From Phoronis australis (Eukaryota > Animalia > Phoronida): 34,578 nt of DNA. The notes beneath the pieces are model-generated. The model had not been told where the DNA came from. It made no database searches and saw nothing but the letters and a program-made list of their open reading frames with translations. Location: NCBI GenBank assembly GCA_002633005.1, contig NMRA01000005.1, positions 2,253,412 through 2,287,989 of the forward strand, given 5' to 3'. Below, in pieces: positions 11,511 to 22,595 of the stretch (its first letter is position 1; the number at the start of each line of letters is the position of its first letter). The position numbers and the translations under genes were made by a program.

Positions 11511-12315
11511 ATTAGTGGGGACAAATAAAACAATACAAGAATAATATATATTTTAGGTTGTATTGGGAATTTCAGGGTCATAACTCTACAAATAATTATT
11601 TCACAGAAGGTACCAGATGGGTACCTTAATTACAAGAGATAACACACACATTTGCGATACCCAATGTGTAATTGAGCATCGCATAGTAAGTGGCACAGGT
11701 TAGTATAGTATCAAATGGGTACTTAATTCCAAATGGGTATTGGCCGATTGCCTACCAAGTGAGTCGAGTAAAACGGCAAATTCAATAGTAAGTACCAAAT
11801 GGGTACAAACTGCCAAATGGGCAAACATCATATAAAGTACCAAGTGGGTACACCACACAGCCAGCTGGGCTACAACAACCTGCAAAGCAGGTTCCGGAAA
11901 AGCTGAGTGAGCAGACCAGCCGGAGTGATAAAAAGAGATGTTGTAAAGAACGTGGTGTTGTTGCTCAGTTTGAACTACATGGGCAGGGTTGTTCATGGAT
12001 AAACAATCTTGTCCACAGCCACGGTCGGGGCCTGGTCAAACGGCACCCTCTGTGTCCTCGCTGACCTAGTCCTGGTACTTTTAGAGGTGGCCCGGTCTGA
12101 TTTTGTAGTCTTGCCTTTGGCTTTTGGCATGCTGTAGCTGAGTGAATGTACTGTTGATTGAGGATGGGCCAACCGGAAGCTAGAGAGAAAGAACAACCAG
12201 CGCTACTGTCGGACTAGATATGTACTAACTAGGACTTGGATATGAAGCTTGGCACTGCAGAATAGTATTTGCCCAAATAATAGGATTTATGTCAGGGTGC
12301 CATAATTCTCACTAT
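11511..12315 (-). mobile_element. Short copy of split-repeat family 2 (possible non-autonomous Ngaro-like element)
   Basis: Homologous in reverse complement to 26640-27275, 29960-30715 and 31020-31467. In element orientation: A segment (GTGAGAATTATGGCAC..), short basic ORF start MPKAKGKTTKS (ATG 12130), then B segment ending TGTCCCCACTAAT. Repeat status is certain; class is inferred. Confidence 0.55.
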
Positions 12316-13094
12316 TGTAAAACCGCCGCCGGTATGTCGTCTTTATGTCGTTGGCTGACTGTTTTCGAAATGTTTTGTTGTGTGACACAAGTTGATCCAA
12401 CTGAGGCATTCAAAAATGATTGCAACAGTGTTACTTACCAATATTAAGCCTAATTTAAACAGTCTTTAAAGCACGTTTATATTGACATATAGAGTCCACT
12501 CTAGTTGTCTGCAAAATGCGCAATAAAATGGTGAGCCTGGGATGCTTTGACCTTACGCATTTGTACACGCACCCGTACCCGTGTATTTGCGAAGCCGTTC
12601 ATTTGGTTTGAGTGAAAGTGAGTTCGTAATGATAGGACTGACTCGGACATATTACAAAAATTCCTATTAATTAAACATTCTATAACTCTTTATATTTCAT
12701 TGTTCTCCTGTTCCAGTATGTTTTTTATTTCGTTTTTACTCTGATATATTGTTTGCTTAAACGCTGAAGAAATGTAAAGTGAAAGACTCTAAATTTTGTG
12801 ATTTAAGTCCTGTGAATGAAGACCTCTCTTCGCCGGGTTGTCATGTATCATAGCGAGCGACCAGCTGGAGCGCCGCCCATGGGCTCTACGTGAAGTAACA
12901 GGTCATGTGACAACATAGGTTTCGACAGTTGAAAATCTTGCTGTCACTATAGACCGGCAGCCCAGAGCTTTTAGCATAGATGAACGAAGTACCAACATCT
13001 GGCCGTAGGAGCACTTAGGGTCCACCTCAGTATATACGGAAATGGACATTTGATGTTGTCTGCTCTCTGCGTGCGACCCTGGGTACCTTACAAG

Positions 13095-13500
13095 GGGGTC
13101 AAAATGAGCTAGCCTAGATATTCGAGGTACCGGCCAAAACTGCTTTAAAACGAACAGTAGTACCGCATTGACCATCGAATGACCCATGACAGACGAATTA
13201 CACTCTGGAATTGGTCCGGCAAAAACTAAAAAGGACCCCCCAAAAATGAGGTAGCTCATGTACATTCGAGGTACTCTAGAAAATCAATTCCACGTGATTT
13301 AATACATGTCAGTGATCACTAAATGCCCCATGACAAACAACATGCACTCTAGGTTGTGTCCGCCACTGAGAAACCTCTAAAAATGTCAACTAAAGTATGC
13401 CTTTGGAAATTTGAGCTACATTAGATATTTGAGGTGCCACCTAAAACTGATTTGAAACGAACAATTGACCACCGACTGACTCATGACAGGCAAATTGCAT
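13095..13500 (+). repeat. Degenerate units of the ~300-bp (2 x ~150-bp) tandem repeat
   Basis: Same CCCATGACAGAC..CACTCTGG..CCGGC..GAGCTAG..CGAGGTACC motifs as 15009-15835. Confidence 0.8.
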
Positions 13501-13535
13501 GCCCCCCCCCACCCTAAAATTATGTCAAATTCCTC

Positions 13536-13907
13536 CGCGGCATGTTTACACGCATGCTGCATGGCACAAAGTACGAGCCGGTGGGCCTGGAGAAATTTGA
13601 ATACCAGTACTGAGTTACCATAAGAATATGTAGGTTGTTTGTGTGTGAAGAAACACCTTGTCTGGCTGCTACACCAGGCGACCTCGTTGATAACGATGCC
13701 ACTGTTGAGATAAAATGCATTTCATAGACAGGAAGTCATGTGTGGACAACAGTGACCTATTTCCTAGAAGAAATAGATGATGGACTGAAGATAAAGAAGA
13801 TCCATTGCCACTACGATCAAGTTCAGGATCAGATTTTGCTCACAAAGCGAGTCGAGTGTTATTTTGTCGTAGTTGGAGAGCCAGCAGGAGTTTATTCACC
13901 CTTTTGA
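13536..13907 (+). pseudogene. YqaJ-like (lambda-exonuclease family) domain remnant
   Basis: One frame with internal stops: MLHGTKYEPVGLEKFE..CRLFVCEETPCLAATPGDLVDNDATVEIKC..LKIKKIHCHYDQVQDQILLTKRVECYFVV. Matches the HGxxxE, ASPDG, EIKCP and YYxQVQGQ motifs. Confidence 0.85.
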
Positions 13908-13962
13908 GTGCAAAAGATTTGAGTATGTAATTCTATTGTAAATCACCAACCATTGAAGGAAG

Positions 13963-14740
13963 GGGGCGTCTTAAGTTGCACAATTCTAGGCTTTGGTCCC
14001 TGTAGGGTCCAAAAGAGGACCCAAAAATCTATTTAATTAAAATTTCGAGTGCAATATCCGTTTCAAGTTTATTTCATTCTGATCACCACCCAAATTAAAA
14101 TGATGTAACTTAAGACGCATAAATGCCTGGGGTTATTAATTAAGACGCCTACTAATTAATGACCAATTAACGATTTATTTAAACTTTTAAGTGTAACAAA
14201 AAATAGTTTAGTAACTCCGGACACCATATCCACAACTTAAGACGCGACTTTTCCTGGGGTTGGCAGATAAGACGGGGTTGTTTTAACCCCTGGGGATAAA
14301 AAGACCCTAAAAATGAACTTGTATAAAAGAGGAAATACGAAAATTTTGATTACTACAATAGATAAAACATTATTTCTAATGAACAAAACACCAGTTGTGA
14401 CATGAAAAAATCTTGTGTTATTAATTAACGACCAATCAACGATTTATTCAAACTTTTAATTGCAACCAAAAATTTTTTGTCAAAAAGATAGTTTAGTAAC
14501 TCTGAACACCATATCCACAACTTAAGACGCATTTTTCCTGGGGTTTGCAGATAAGACGGGGGTGTTTGGACCCCGAAGGACAATACTGAACTTGCATAAA
14601 AGGGAAGCGCAAACATTTTGATTGATGCTATAGATAAAATTTTAATCCAAAGGAACAAAAATTCATTTGCAACTTAAGACATGGAAAATTCTGGGGGTTT
14701 TAATTAAGATCCAATCATTATCGAGCAATTAATTAATTAT
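13963..14740. repeat. Repeat block with two ~280-bp tandem units and many (ACT)TAAGACGC motifs; probable non-autonomous DNA transposon remnant
   Basis: 14155-14400 is repeated at ~14423-14670. GTCTTAAGTTGCA near 13968 is inverted relative to TGCAACTTAAGAC near 14668. Confidence 0.65.
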
Positions 14741-15008
14741 TTATTTAAGTATCTGTCCACGGATCCACCGACCACAGTACATCCAACAAGTGGGGGGTCA
14801 GCCATTCAGAACCATGTTTAGTCTAATAAATCACATTAGGGATGAGAGAAATTGGGTGAAGTATAACACCACAAAGTTTGGTGGTTTAAAAGGTACTAGG
14901 GAAGTTTTCTGGGGGGCAAAATGAGGCAATCTCTTGGTGTATAATGAGTCATTTTTGACTACAGTTTTCTACTGCTGTTTCTGTTTCAAACAGAATCTTT
15001 TCTAAAAC

Positions 15009-15835
15009 CCCTATGACAGACAAAATACACTCTGGGTTGTGCCCGGCAGAAACCCCCAAAAAACTCAACTACCATATGGCATCAAAATTTTGAGCTAGAC
15101 TAAATATTCGTGGTACAGGCCAAAACTGGTTTTAAACGAACAATAGCACCGCACTGAACACCAAATGGCCCATGACAAATTGCACTCTCGAATGGGTCCG
15201 GCCAAAACCAAAAAATGACCCCCCAAAAATGAGCTAGCACATACATTCGAGGTACCACAAAAAAACCAATTCCGTGTGATTCAACACATGTCACAGATCA
15301 CTAAATGCCCTATGACAAACAAATTACACTCTGGATTGTGCCCGTGCAGAAATCCCCCAAAAAGTCTCAACCACGATATGCCATCAGAAAGTTTGAGCTA
15401 GACTAGATTTTCGAGGTACCGGCCAAAACTGATTTAAAACGAACAATAGTACCTCACTGAACATTGAATGACCCATGACAGACAAATTGCACTCTGGAAT
15501 GGGTCCGGCAGAAGCCAAAAAATGACCCCCCAAAAATTAGCTAGCACATAGGTACCTCAAAAAACCAATTACATGAGATTCAATACATGTCACAGGTCAC
15601 TAAATGCCCTATGACCGGCAGACAAAATACACTCTGGATTGTGCCTGGCAGAAACTCTAAAAAATCTCAACCACGATATGCCATTTTTGAGACAGATGGA
15701 TTTTCAAGGTATCGGCTTAAATTGACTTAAAACCAACAACTGGGCTGCACTGAACACCAAGTGACCCGAGAAAGACAAATTTTACTCTGGAAATAGTCGG
15801 CCAGAAACCCAGAAAGGACCTTAAAAATGGAGCTA
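15009..15835 (+). repeat. Tandem array, ~299-bp period built of two related ~150-bp subunits (~2.8 copies)
   Basis: CCCTATGAC recurs at about 15009, 15308 and 15607; related CCCATGAC recurs mid-unit at about 15168 and 15472. Confidence 0.9.
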
Positions 15836-16604
15836 CAATTGTCCATGCAGCTTCCTCGTGCTAGTTTATTAAGTACTCGGGTGGGAAATCCAAACAACTG
15901 GACAACACATATCAATTGATGACAAAAGTGGCGTATTTAAGTTAACTGCAAAAAGCGGGACCGCAGGAAACAAAAACTAATTATAGAAAACTTTCGTTCA
16001 CTAAAGCCTGTGTTTTCTCTCATGATACTATCACAACATGCGAAAAGCAGACGGGTGTCAAGAGGTTAGACAGTTAACTCGCGTCGTGGTAAGTTTTTGA
16101 AGACATTTTACATGATTTCGAAATTCAGTGTAGTGTATAGTGTTTGTAATGTTTTTGTTTCGTGGAGTCATTTGCTGATGGCCGATATAATGTCCTCCGT
16201 GATACAATACAAATCACCCCTAATTTGGTGCGCAGATACGCGCTGGAGTCCAAATGCTATTTAATAAATATATAAACAACGACGTGTTTCGGTAACAAGG
16301 GGTGGTAGGTACTGTGCGGAAATCTCGGCCCAACTGCGACGTTCTGGGGACTGTATGATTAATCATCTCTACAGAAATCTTACGCGTGCTTTGCGCGCAA
16401 ACATTGAGGACTACATACAAGTACTCCCAGGTCTCACTGACATTTTTTTTTTTGGTCTGAATCGACCGAATTACGTTCGCTGGGGTTGTCTTTTTCTCGA
16501 CCAGCTCAAAAACGTCGCACCGCAAACTCGAAGGATTCTGGAATCAGGGACGTTCTCGGTTAGAAGAACTAGAAAAAAATTTTCAACGTCTGCAATAGAT
16601 TTAA

Positions 16605-17945
16605 AGGAGAATGCCACCCGATTTAATTAGTCTTTTTTGCCGTCTTAATCGGTCTATATCCACATCGCCTCGCAAACGGTCGACCTTACCTTGCCAAGAG
16701 GTGTCGCGTTAACCTGGGAGGAAGGTGAGAAACGACGCTAGCGACGTCAGTGGTTCATATGCAGAGTGAATGCTGCTGTGTTGCGGTGCATCTTTCCCGC
16801 TTGTCCGAACTAAGCAGCTTCGAGGAAAGCGGGTATGTCGTTTTTTTACTTCCTCGAGAGTCCGAAATGCTTAGGAAGTGGCTCATGGTAGTGAAGAATG
16901 AATTGCACGCTGTAAATAGCAAGTATGAGGCTGTGAAACATCTCCGTGTCTGTGGCCTGCAGACGTCGACAGTGCCTGACGAACGCCGGCTTACCAAACA
17001 ACTCCATACGTTCCGTTGTCTGAGCTTGTTCACGGCGCCTCTTTAGTATTTCTTCATCACTGTATTCCTGTTCGAATTGATAGCCTGTAAAATTTAAAGA
17101 TACACCTGATGAGCTTTAGCTCGTCCTAAGTCGGGATTGCGAGTTGCCATGTTGGCGTTTATTACTGAGCGTTCTGTTTCAAAATGAATTATACTCACCC
17201 TAACCAATACTTATATAAAACTGAAACAAAGTCTGTCTCATTAGATGCAATTTGTAATGCCTTTGGAGTGTTCGTGAGTGCAAATGATTTGAAAAGTCAG
17301 CATTAGGTGCAATAAAACTAATTGATGGGACACCGAGGCCGTGTGAGCTCATGGTAATTTATTGTTTGCTGGCAGAAACTGTTATGAAACAACTCGATTT
17401 CCATCCCACGGCCAGGTGTTAGGAGCCTGATCGGGCTCCGAGCCACTGACCAGGATAACAAGCGTTTTGTGTTTAGAACTCAAAAAATCACAGGTCTAAA
17501 CAACACAGATCTAGGTTCTCCTGTCTGTATCTCACAGAATATACTTCGAAATTATCTCCGAACAGACCCCAAACTCCTGCTACGGACCTTATTGACCTGC
17601 CTAACTTTGTAGGCTACGGTGTGTCCAAATACCAATAAATCCGTAAGAGCCGCGAAATAAAACAACACGTTTTTATAAGAACTCGGTGTATTTTTAAGGG
17701 TTTTACATCGAAGTTTGATGATTTATTGCTGTTAAACGATGACTTCAAGCTATAAGCTGACGCCAGTAACCCGTGTTGTGAACTGCTGAACAGACTGCGT
17801 GTGAAACCGATGACGTCACTGGATAATTTCAACACCTCCGTCTGCCGTCAGGTGTCAGGTAACGCAACCGTACGTGTCGTTATCGAGTAGAACTACTTGA
17901 TATAAATTGATGCAAATTAGGTTGTTTTTTGGGTGGCATGCTCCT
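16605..17945 (+). mobile_element. Complete non-autonomous Kolobok-like element (1341 bp)
   Basis: TTAA-AGGAGAATGCCACCC ... GGGTGGCATGCTCCT-TTAA (14/15 TIR match). TSD confirmed by restoration of the interrupted reading frame. Confidence 0.9.
16750..16975 (+). pseudogene. Degenerate THAP zinc-finger remnant
   Basis: CCCVAV..VFLLPRESEMLRKWLMVVK..HLRVCGLQ fits the THAP C-x-C / FP..W / RVCxxH pattern; the final His is lost. Confidence 0.6.
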
Positions 17946-19117
17946 TTAACGCTTGAACAGACCGTTAACAGAAACGTAGCTTAACCTATGAAAGGAATTA
18001 GGAATTTTCACAATTCCAACTCTGCCATGAGAAGATGGTGCATTACATCAATTCAGCGAGGAATGTCCGTTACTTGAGGTATCTGGCAGGACTACAGTCT
18101 GAAGAGGAACCAGCAAATGATATACGAGGAAGTAGAATTCAAAAAGATACCCACGACAAAAAAGACCAACTGATGAATGCAATTTCAAATTCATGTGACC
18201 CCTTTTCAGACCCAGCAACAATTTCAGACTATTTACTGAATACTGCTGCTGGTAAAGCAGTCGCACAAGAAACCAAAGAGTATTTAACCGGGTGCCTTGA
18301 TGCTGGACGCAAATTCCGACTGGAATTCCAAGACCATTGTTCAACTGATAAGCAGAGGTTTTTGAAGCCAATTAGAAGACTAAAAGTGCACAACTTTGCA
18401 AAAGAAAGCATAAACAAGAAGCAGCCTCTGGGCAAGGACAAGTCAACAGCTGAGAGCTTTCGAGACGTTTTCATTCGTTTACTAGTTATCATTTCGGAAA
18501 TGTCAGTTTTTGACATGAGATATGTGATGACGTTTCCAATTAAATCAAGATTGAGTCTAATACTGGATTAAAAACTTACAAAAATTAGCGACGTTGCGTC
18601 CGCATCTCACGGACTTCAGCTTGGCTTGTGACGTTATCGTTATTCTGGCCAATTTCTGGCGTTTTGGCTAAACGGCTCGGCATTGACGTCAGTATACCAT
18701 CCCATACGTGTGACAAATCGAATCGTAAACCGCCTCCTTTATTTAAAAAGGGACTCTCAATGCGCTCATGGAGAGCCTCCTTTACACCCCTTTTGAACCA
18801 GTTTTCCTCACAGTCTCAGATGGCAACATCATCCGTGTTGAAATTATGTCCAGTGGCGCACATGTGACTAAAAATAGCCGAATCATAATAATTCATAATA
18901 ATTCGCCTTGCAATCCTACAACTCGTAATCGTCGCCATCAAGTTAAACTCGGTGAACCCTGTACAAAGATTGAAGATTTAATAGCGACACGACGTTGCGA
19001 GTATCTGTACTATATTAAAACTATGAAAGGAAACCTCGATTTCATGAAAACATACCGAATTACTAACTTTTGTATTCAATTTATTGTTTTAAACTCAATC
19101 GTAAAATATATTCCAGT

Positions 19118-21065
19118 AGACCCTATTCACGCCGACAGGAGGCGCGTTGCAAAACAAAGCTCTCTACGATAGCTCTGGTGTCTTATCCGCGTAGTTGTAC
19201 TCCGCGTTGCTCGAACAGCTAGAAAAAATACGGACACTCAACTGTCTTTTTGCAATCCTTAAGGACGTTGGGATTCGGAAGCGTTGGGTCCTTGTCATAC
19301 GCCGCAACGAAGGAAAATATGTCCGTGTAAAATTTATAACTGTTTTCGAATCATAATTTGTCGCATCTCGGATGCCACCATAGCAACGAGGACCGGAGAA
19401 TCTTCGGCCAGCCAGGCTGTGTTTTCATGATTATGGGTTGAAGCGCGATGCATTATTCTTTACAAAAAGGACAGGGCCCTCAATCCCTCAATTTTGGGGC
19501 CAAATATCGGCCCTATTTTCCTCTCAAAAATATTGAAAAGTCACGCGAAATTCCCTGCCCCACGAGGCCTAAAAATTCCCTTGATTGAAAATTTCTCTCC
19601 AACGGTTCAAATCAGCTGTGACCACAGGGGTGACAATTTGAAAAAGTACAAACTCCCCCATTGACTGCCGCAAGCAAAATAAACCAGCAAAAACATGAAA
19701 CGGGAGGAAATACTGAGTTCGAGCTAGGACCGCGGTAGCGGACGAGGGGGGAAAACACGTTCCGTTTTTTTTTAGTCCAACGACAGATTTCCTGGGCAGA
19801 AGGTATACATCCTCGGCGCCCGCAACTTCCGGGCAGCCTGCGTGCATACAATCGCGCTTTGCCCGCTTCTCCGAGGATGTCGGCCCCCCCTCATGGTATC
19901 CTAGATCAGCCACTGAAATGCTACTTGAGACAGACCTATGAGAGCTTACAACAGGGCGGGGTGGTATTGATGGTGATCGGGAGGTCAGTAGATTTTTCAC
20001 TGACCCGTCACTCGGCGAAATGTTTCCCTCTCAGAAGGCCGCACAGGCACCTTTCCCCTCGGATATGAACGAGACCTCTGAAGAAACATGATAACTATGC
20101 TTGTTCCAGGGGGATCTAGGACTTTGAGTTGGGGGGAAGGCAGACTATTAGCCAGGATTTTGCCCGTCAGACATTAGCGCTCCTGAACTGCCAAATGGAA
20201 TCTGGGAGAATTTTATGAGGGGGGGCATGGCCCCCTTGGCTCCCCTCTGAGTCTGACACTGTGTTATGTCCAGTTAACTGAAATTGAGCTCTAAAACGAG
20301 GTTATGCTTTGGACGAAAGAATTAGGTGTTTTAATTTTAAAATTCAACTTGGTCGAGATTGATATTTGAAAAATATAACACATGAAATAGACGTAATTAT
20401 TACTAAAACCAAGAAAGCAGAATTGATGGTCATATAATTTTTATTTTCAATCGCGAGCCTGGTTTTTTACCGTAATCAAAATATATATTTAATAACATCA
20501 AGTATTATTTAAAATCAATGACAAATCAACTGTTAGTCCCGGTAGCGCCTACCTCACCAGGACCTAGGCTATGCTTGAAACTAATAGGCCTACTCTTGAT
20601 CAACAAATTAAACCAGATGTGACTAATTGCACATGACAGCAAAATGCTATGAGCCACCACTGTCGAATATATCTTCAACTAGTCAACAATACGACCAGAT
20701 GACCTGGTTCGTGTAGAAAGCATTTTTATCAAGAATTTATTAGAAGAAACCTAACCCTGCATTCAGCATGATACCTAATACGTAACACTAATTCGCAATT
20801 TCGTCATGTTAACTTTTCATGTTTCGAACCTAGTTTTCCGCAAAAAACTTATATCCTTTCGTCAGACAACTCTTTGGTGCATTGATTTGTTCTTTAGTTG
20901 TATTTTTCTACGTCTCTGTGGTTAATTATTGACAAATTTTTTAAGATTTAATATTCAGGTTGGACACCAAAGACCGGCCATTTAATTCACGCAATGTAAA
21001 TTTCCGCTTTGTTTATCGCAGTGAACCTCGCTTTGGATTTTAATGTCCGCCGTGTGAATTGGGTC
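19118..21065. mobile_element. Candidate old TIR element containing nested MITEs
   Basis: TAGACCCTATTCAC (~19117-19130) versus GTGAATTGGGTCTA (~21054-21067), 13/14 inverted match. TSD imperfect (GT/AT). No recognisable coding sequence. Confidence 0.3.
20107..20261. mobile_element. hAT-type MITE
   Basis: CAGGGGGATCTAGG start, GGGGGCATGGCCCCC subterminal hairpin, degenerate ...GAGTCTGACACTG end. TSD not preserved. Confidence 0.5.
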
Positions 21066-21076
21066 TATACGGGGCG

Positions 21077-21100
21077 CCCGTATTGGAATTCCAATACGGG
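21077..21100. repeat. Perfect 24-bp palindrome with adjacent degenerate copies
   Basis: CCCGTATTGGAA|TTCCAATACGGG, followed by CCCGTATCGGAATATTCCGAT and GAATTCCAATACGGG up to ~21148. Confidence 0.95.
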
Positions 21101-21160
21101 AACTGCCCGTATCGGAATATTCCGATTTGAGCCGAATTCCAATACGGGCCGGAACAAGTC

Positions 21161-22230
21161 TGACGAATGCCGGCTTACTAAAGAACTATCCATACGTTCC
21201 GTTGTCTGTGCATGTTCACGGCGCCTCTCTAGTATATCTTGATCACTGTATTCCGATTCAAACTCATAGCCTGGGAAACTTAACGATCCAACTGCAAAGT
21301 CTTCGTCGGATGAACTCTCATCTAGAAGTCGGGATTCCGTTGACGTTCTGCGTTCTGTTTCAAAATGAAATATTTTCACCTTAGTAACTAATGCTAATAT
21401 AAAACTTAAACAAAGTCTGTCACATTAGATACAATGTATAATGCCTTTGAAGTATTCATGAGTGCAAATGTTTTGAGAAGCCAGCAATGAGTAAACAGCT
21501 GCGTTACCGGCTTCAGATGCAATAAAGGTAATTGACCAGGCACCGAGGCCGCGAGAGCGCATGCTAATTCAGTGTTTGCTGACAAAAACTGTTGTGAAAC
21601 AATAACTCGATTTTCTATCCCACAGCCAGGTGTTAGGGGAATCTTCATTTACATGTACATTATTCAAATAATGGTTGTCAATGTACAACTGCCCTGACGG
21701 CTCTGTGACCAAAGGGGAACCTGAATTCGCGGCCCCCGACGAGTAAGTAGATTTACAGTTTCGTGGCTAGTTACCCAACATAATCACGTGCACATTACTT
21801 CTTTGGCTCACTAGTATAGTATTTTCTTGACTGGAAGTTTAGTTTCCAACTTTGGCTGGTTTATGTTCGTCATGTCTCCAGTCCGGCCGCGACGGACTGG
21901 CCGGTATAATTACTAGCGTTTTCTGTGTTTAGAACTCAAAAAATCACAAGTCTAAACAACACAGATCTAGGTTCTCCTGTCTTTATTTCACGGAAGAATA
22001 CTTCGAATTTATCTCCGAACAGACCCCAAACTCTGCTACGGACTTTGGCAAACTGGTCTGCCGAACTTTGTAGGCTACGGTGTGTCCAAATACCAATAAA
22101 TCCGTAACATCGAAATAAAACAACACGTTTTTATAAGAATTCGGTGTATTTTTAAGGGTTTTACATCGAAATTTGATGATTTACTGGTGTTAAACGATGA
22201 ATTCAAGCGATAAGCTGACACCATTAACCC
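21161..22230 (+). mobile_element. Internal fragment of the short Kolobok-like family
   Basis: Homologous to ~16977-17777 and, inverted, to ~27550-28680. Retains a ~250-bp internal segment that the 16605 copy lacks. Carries minus ORF ..SSSDEDF..GYEFESEYSDQDILERRR. Confidence 0.85.
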
Positions 22231-22349
22231 TAAAACGTGAGCCCAATAGCGGAGTTGCAACGCCGCCATATTGGAAATGGGTCAGAATGTTGCATTGTGG
22301 TTAAGCCGGTAAACAAGTACGTCGGCAAGCGTGGGGGCAAACCGGCCAC

Positions 22350-22595
22350 AGGGAGGTTATACGTGTTGTGTGCCTGGCATGCTATAATAGCAGTTATCGA
22401 GGTTAAAAATTTAGTTACTACTTGTTTCCCAAGGATCAAGAACTGCGTTAAACATGGGTCAGAGACATTGGTAGAGCTGGTAGCAAAGGCCGACTTCGTG
22501 AATTCTTTCCGACTTCGTAGCATAAAGTATGCAGCGCTAATTTTGAGGGCGGCAAGAAAACGTATCTTAGAAACTGCCCAACATTATCTCCCTTC
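22350..22595 (+). pseudogene. Degenerate THAP domain of the ISL2EU-like transposase
   Basis: With one frameshift: GYTCCVPG-CYNSSYRG*KFSYYLFPKDQELR*TWVRDIGRAG..FFPTS*HKVCSANFEGGKKTYLRNCPTLSP. Confidence 0.75.

Larger units (their letters stand above)
16250..18560 (+). pseudogene. Academ-like DNA transposase fragment interrupted by a TTAA insertion
   Basis: GNLGPTATFWGLY..LTRALRAN..FFGLNRPNYVRW..GTFSVRRTRKKFSTSAIDL | TLEQTVNR..KGI..RRWCIT..CDPF..RFLKPIRRLKVHNF. The frame is restored when 16605-17949 is removed. Superfamily assigned from recalled motifs. Confidence 0.65.

Noticed and set aside
15009-15835. Regularly recurring motifs as a CRISPR array
   Set aside because: Whole units are homologous (no unique spacers), the context is eukaryotic and no cas genes are present.
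18628-20068. Several 70-143-aa ORFs
   Set aside because: No recognisable domains; overlapping frames in repeat-like DNA.
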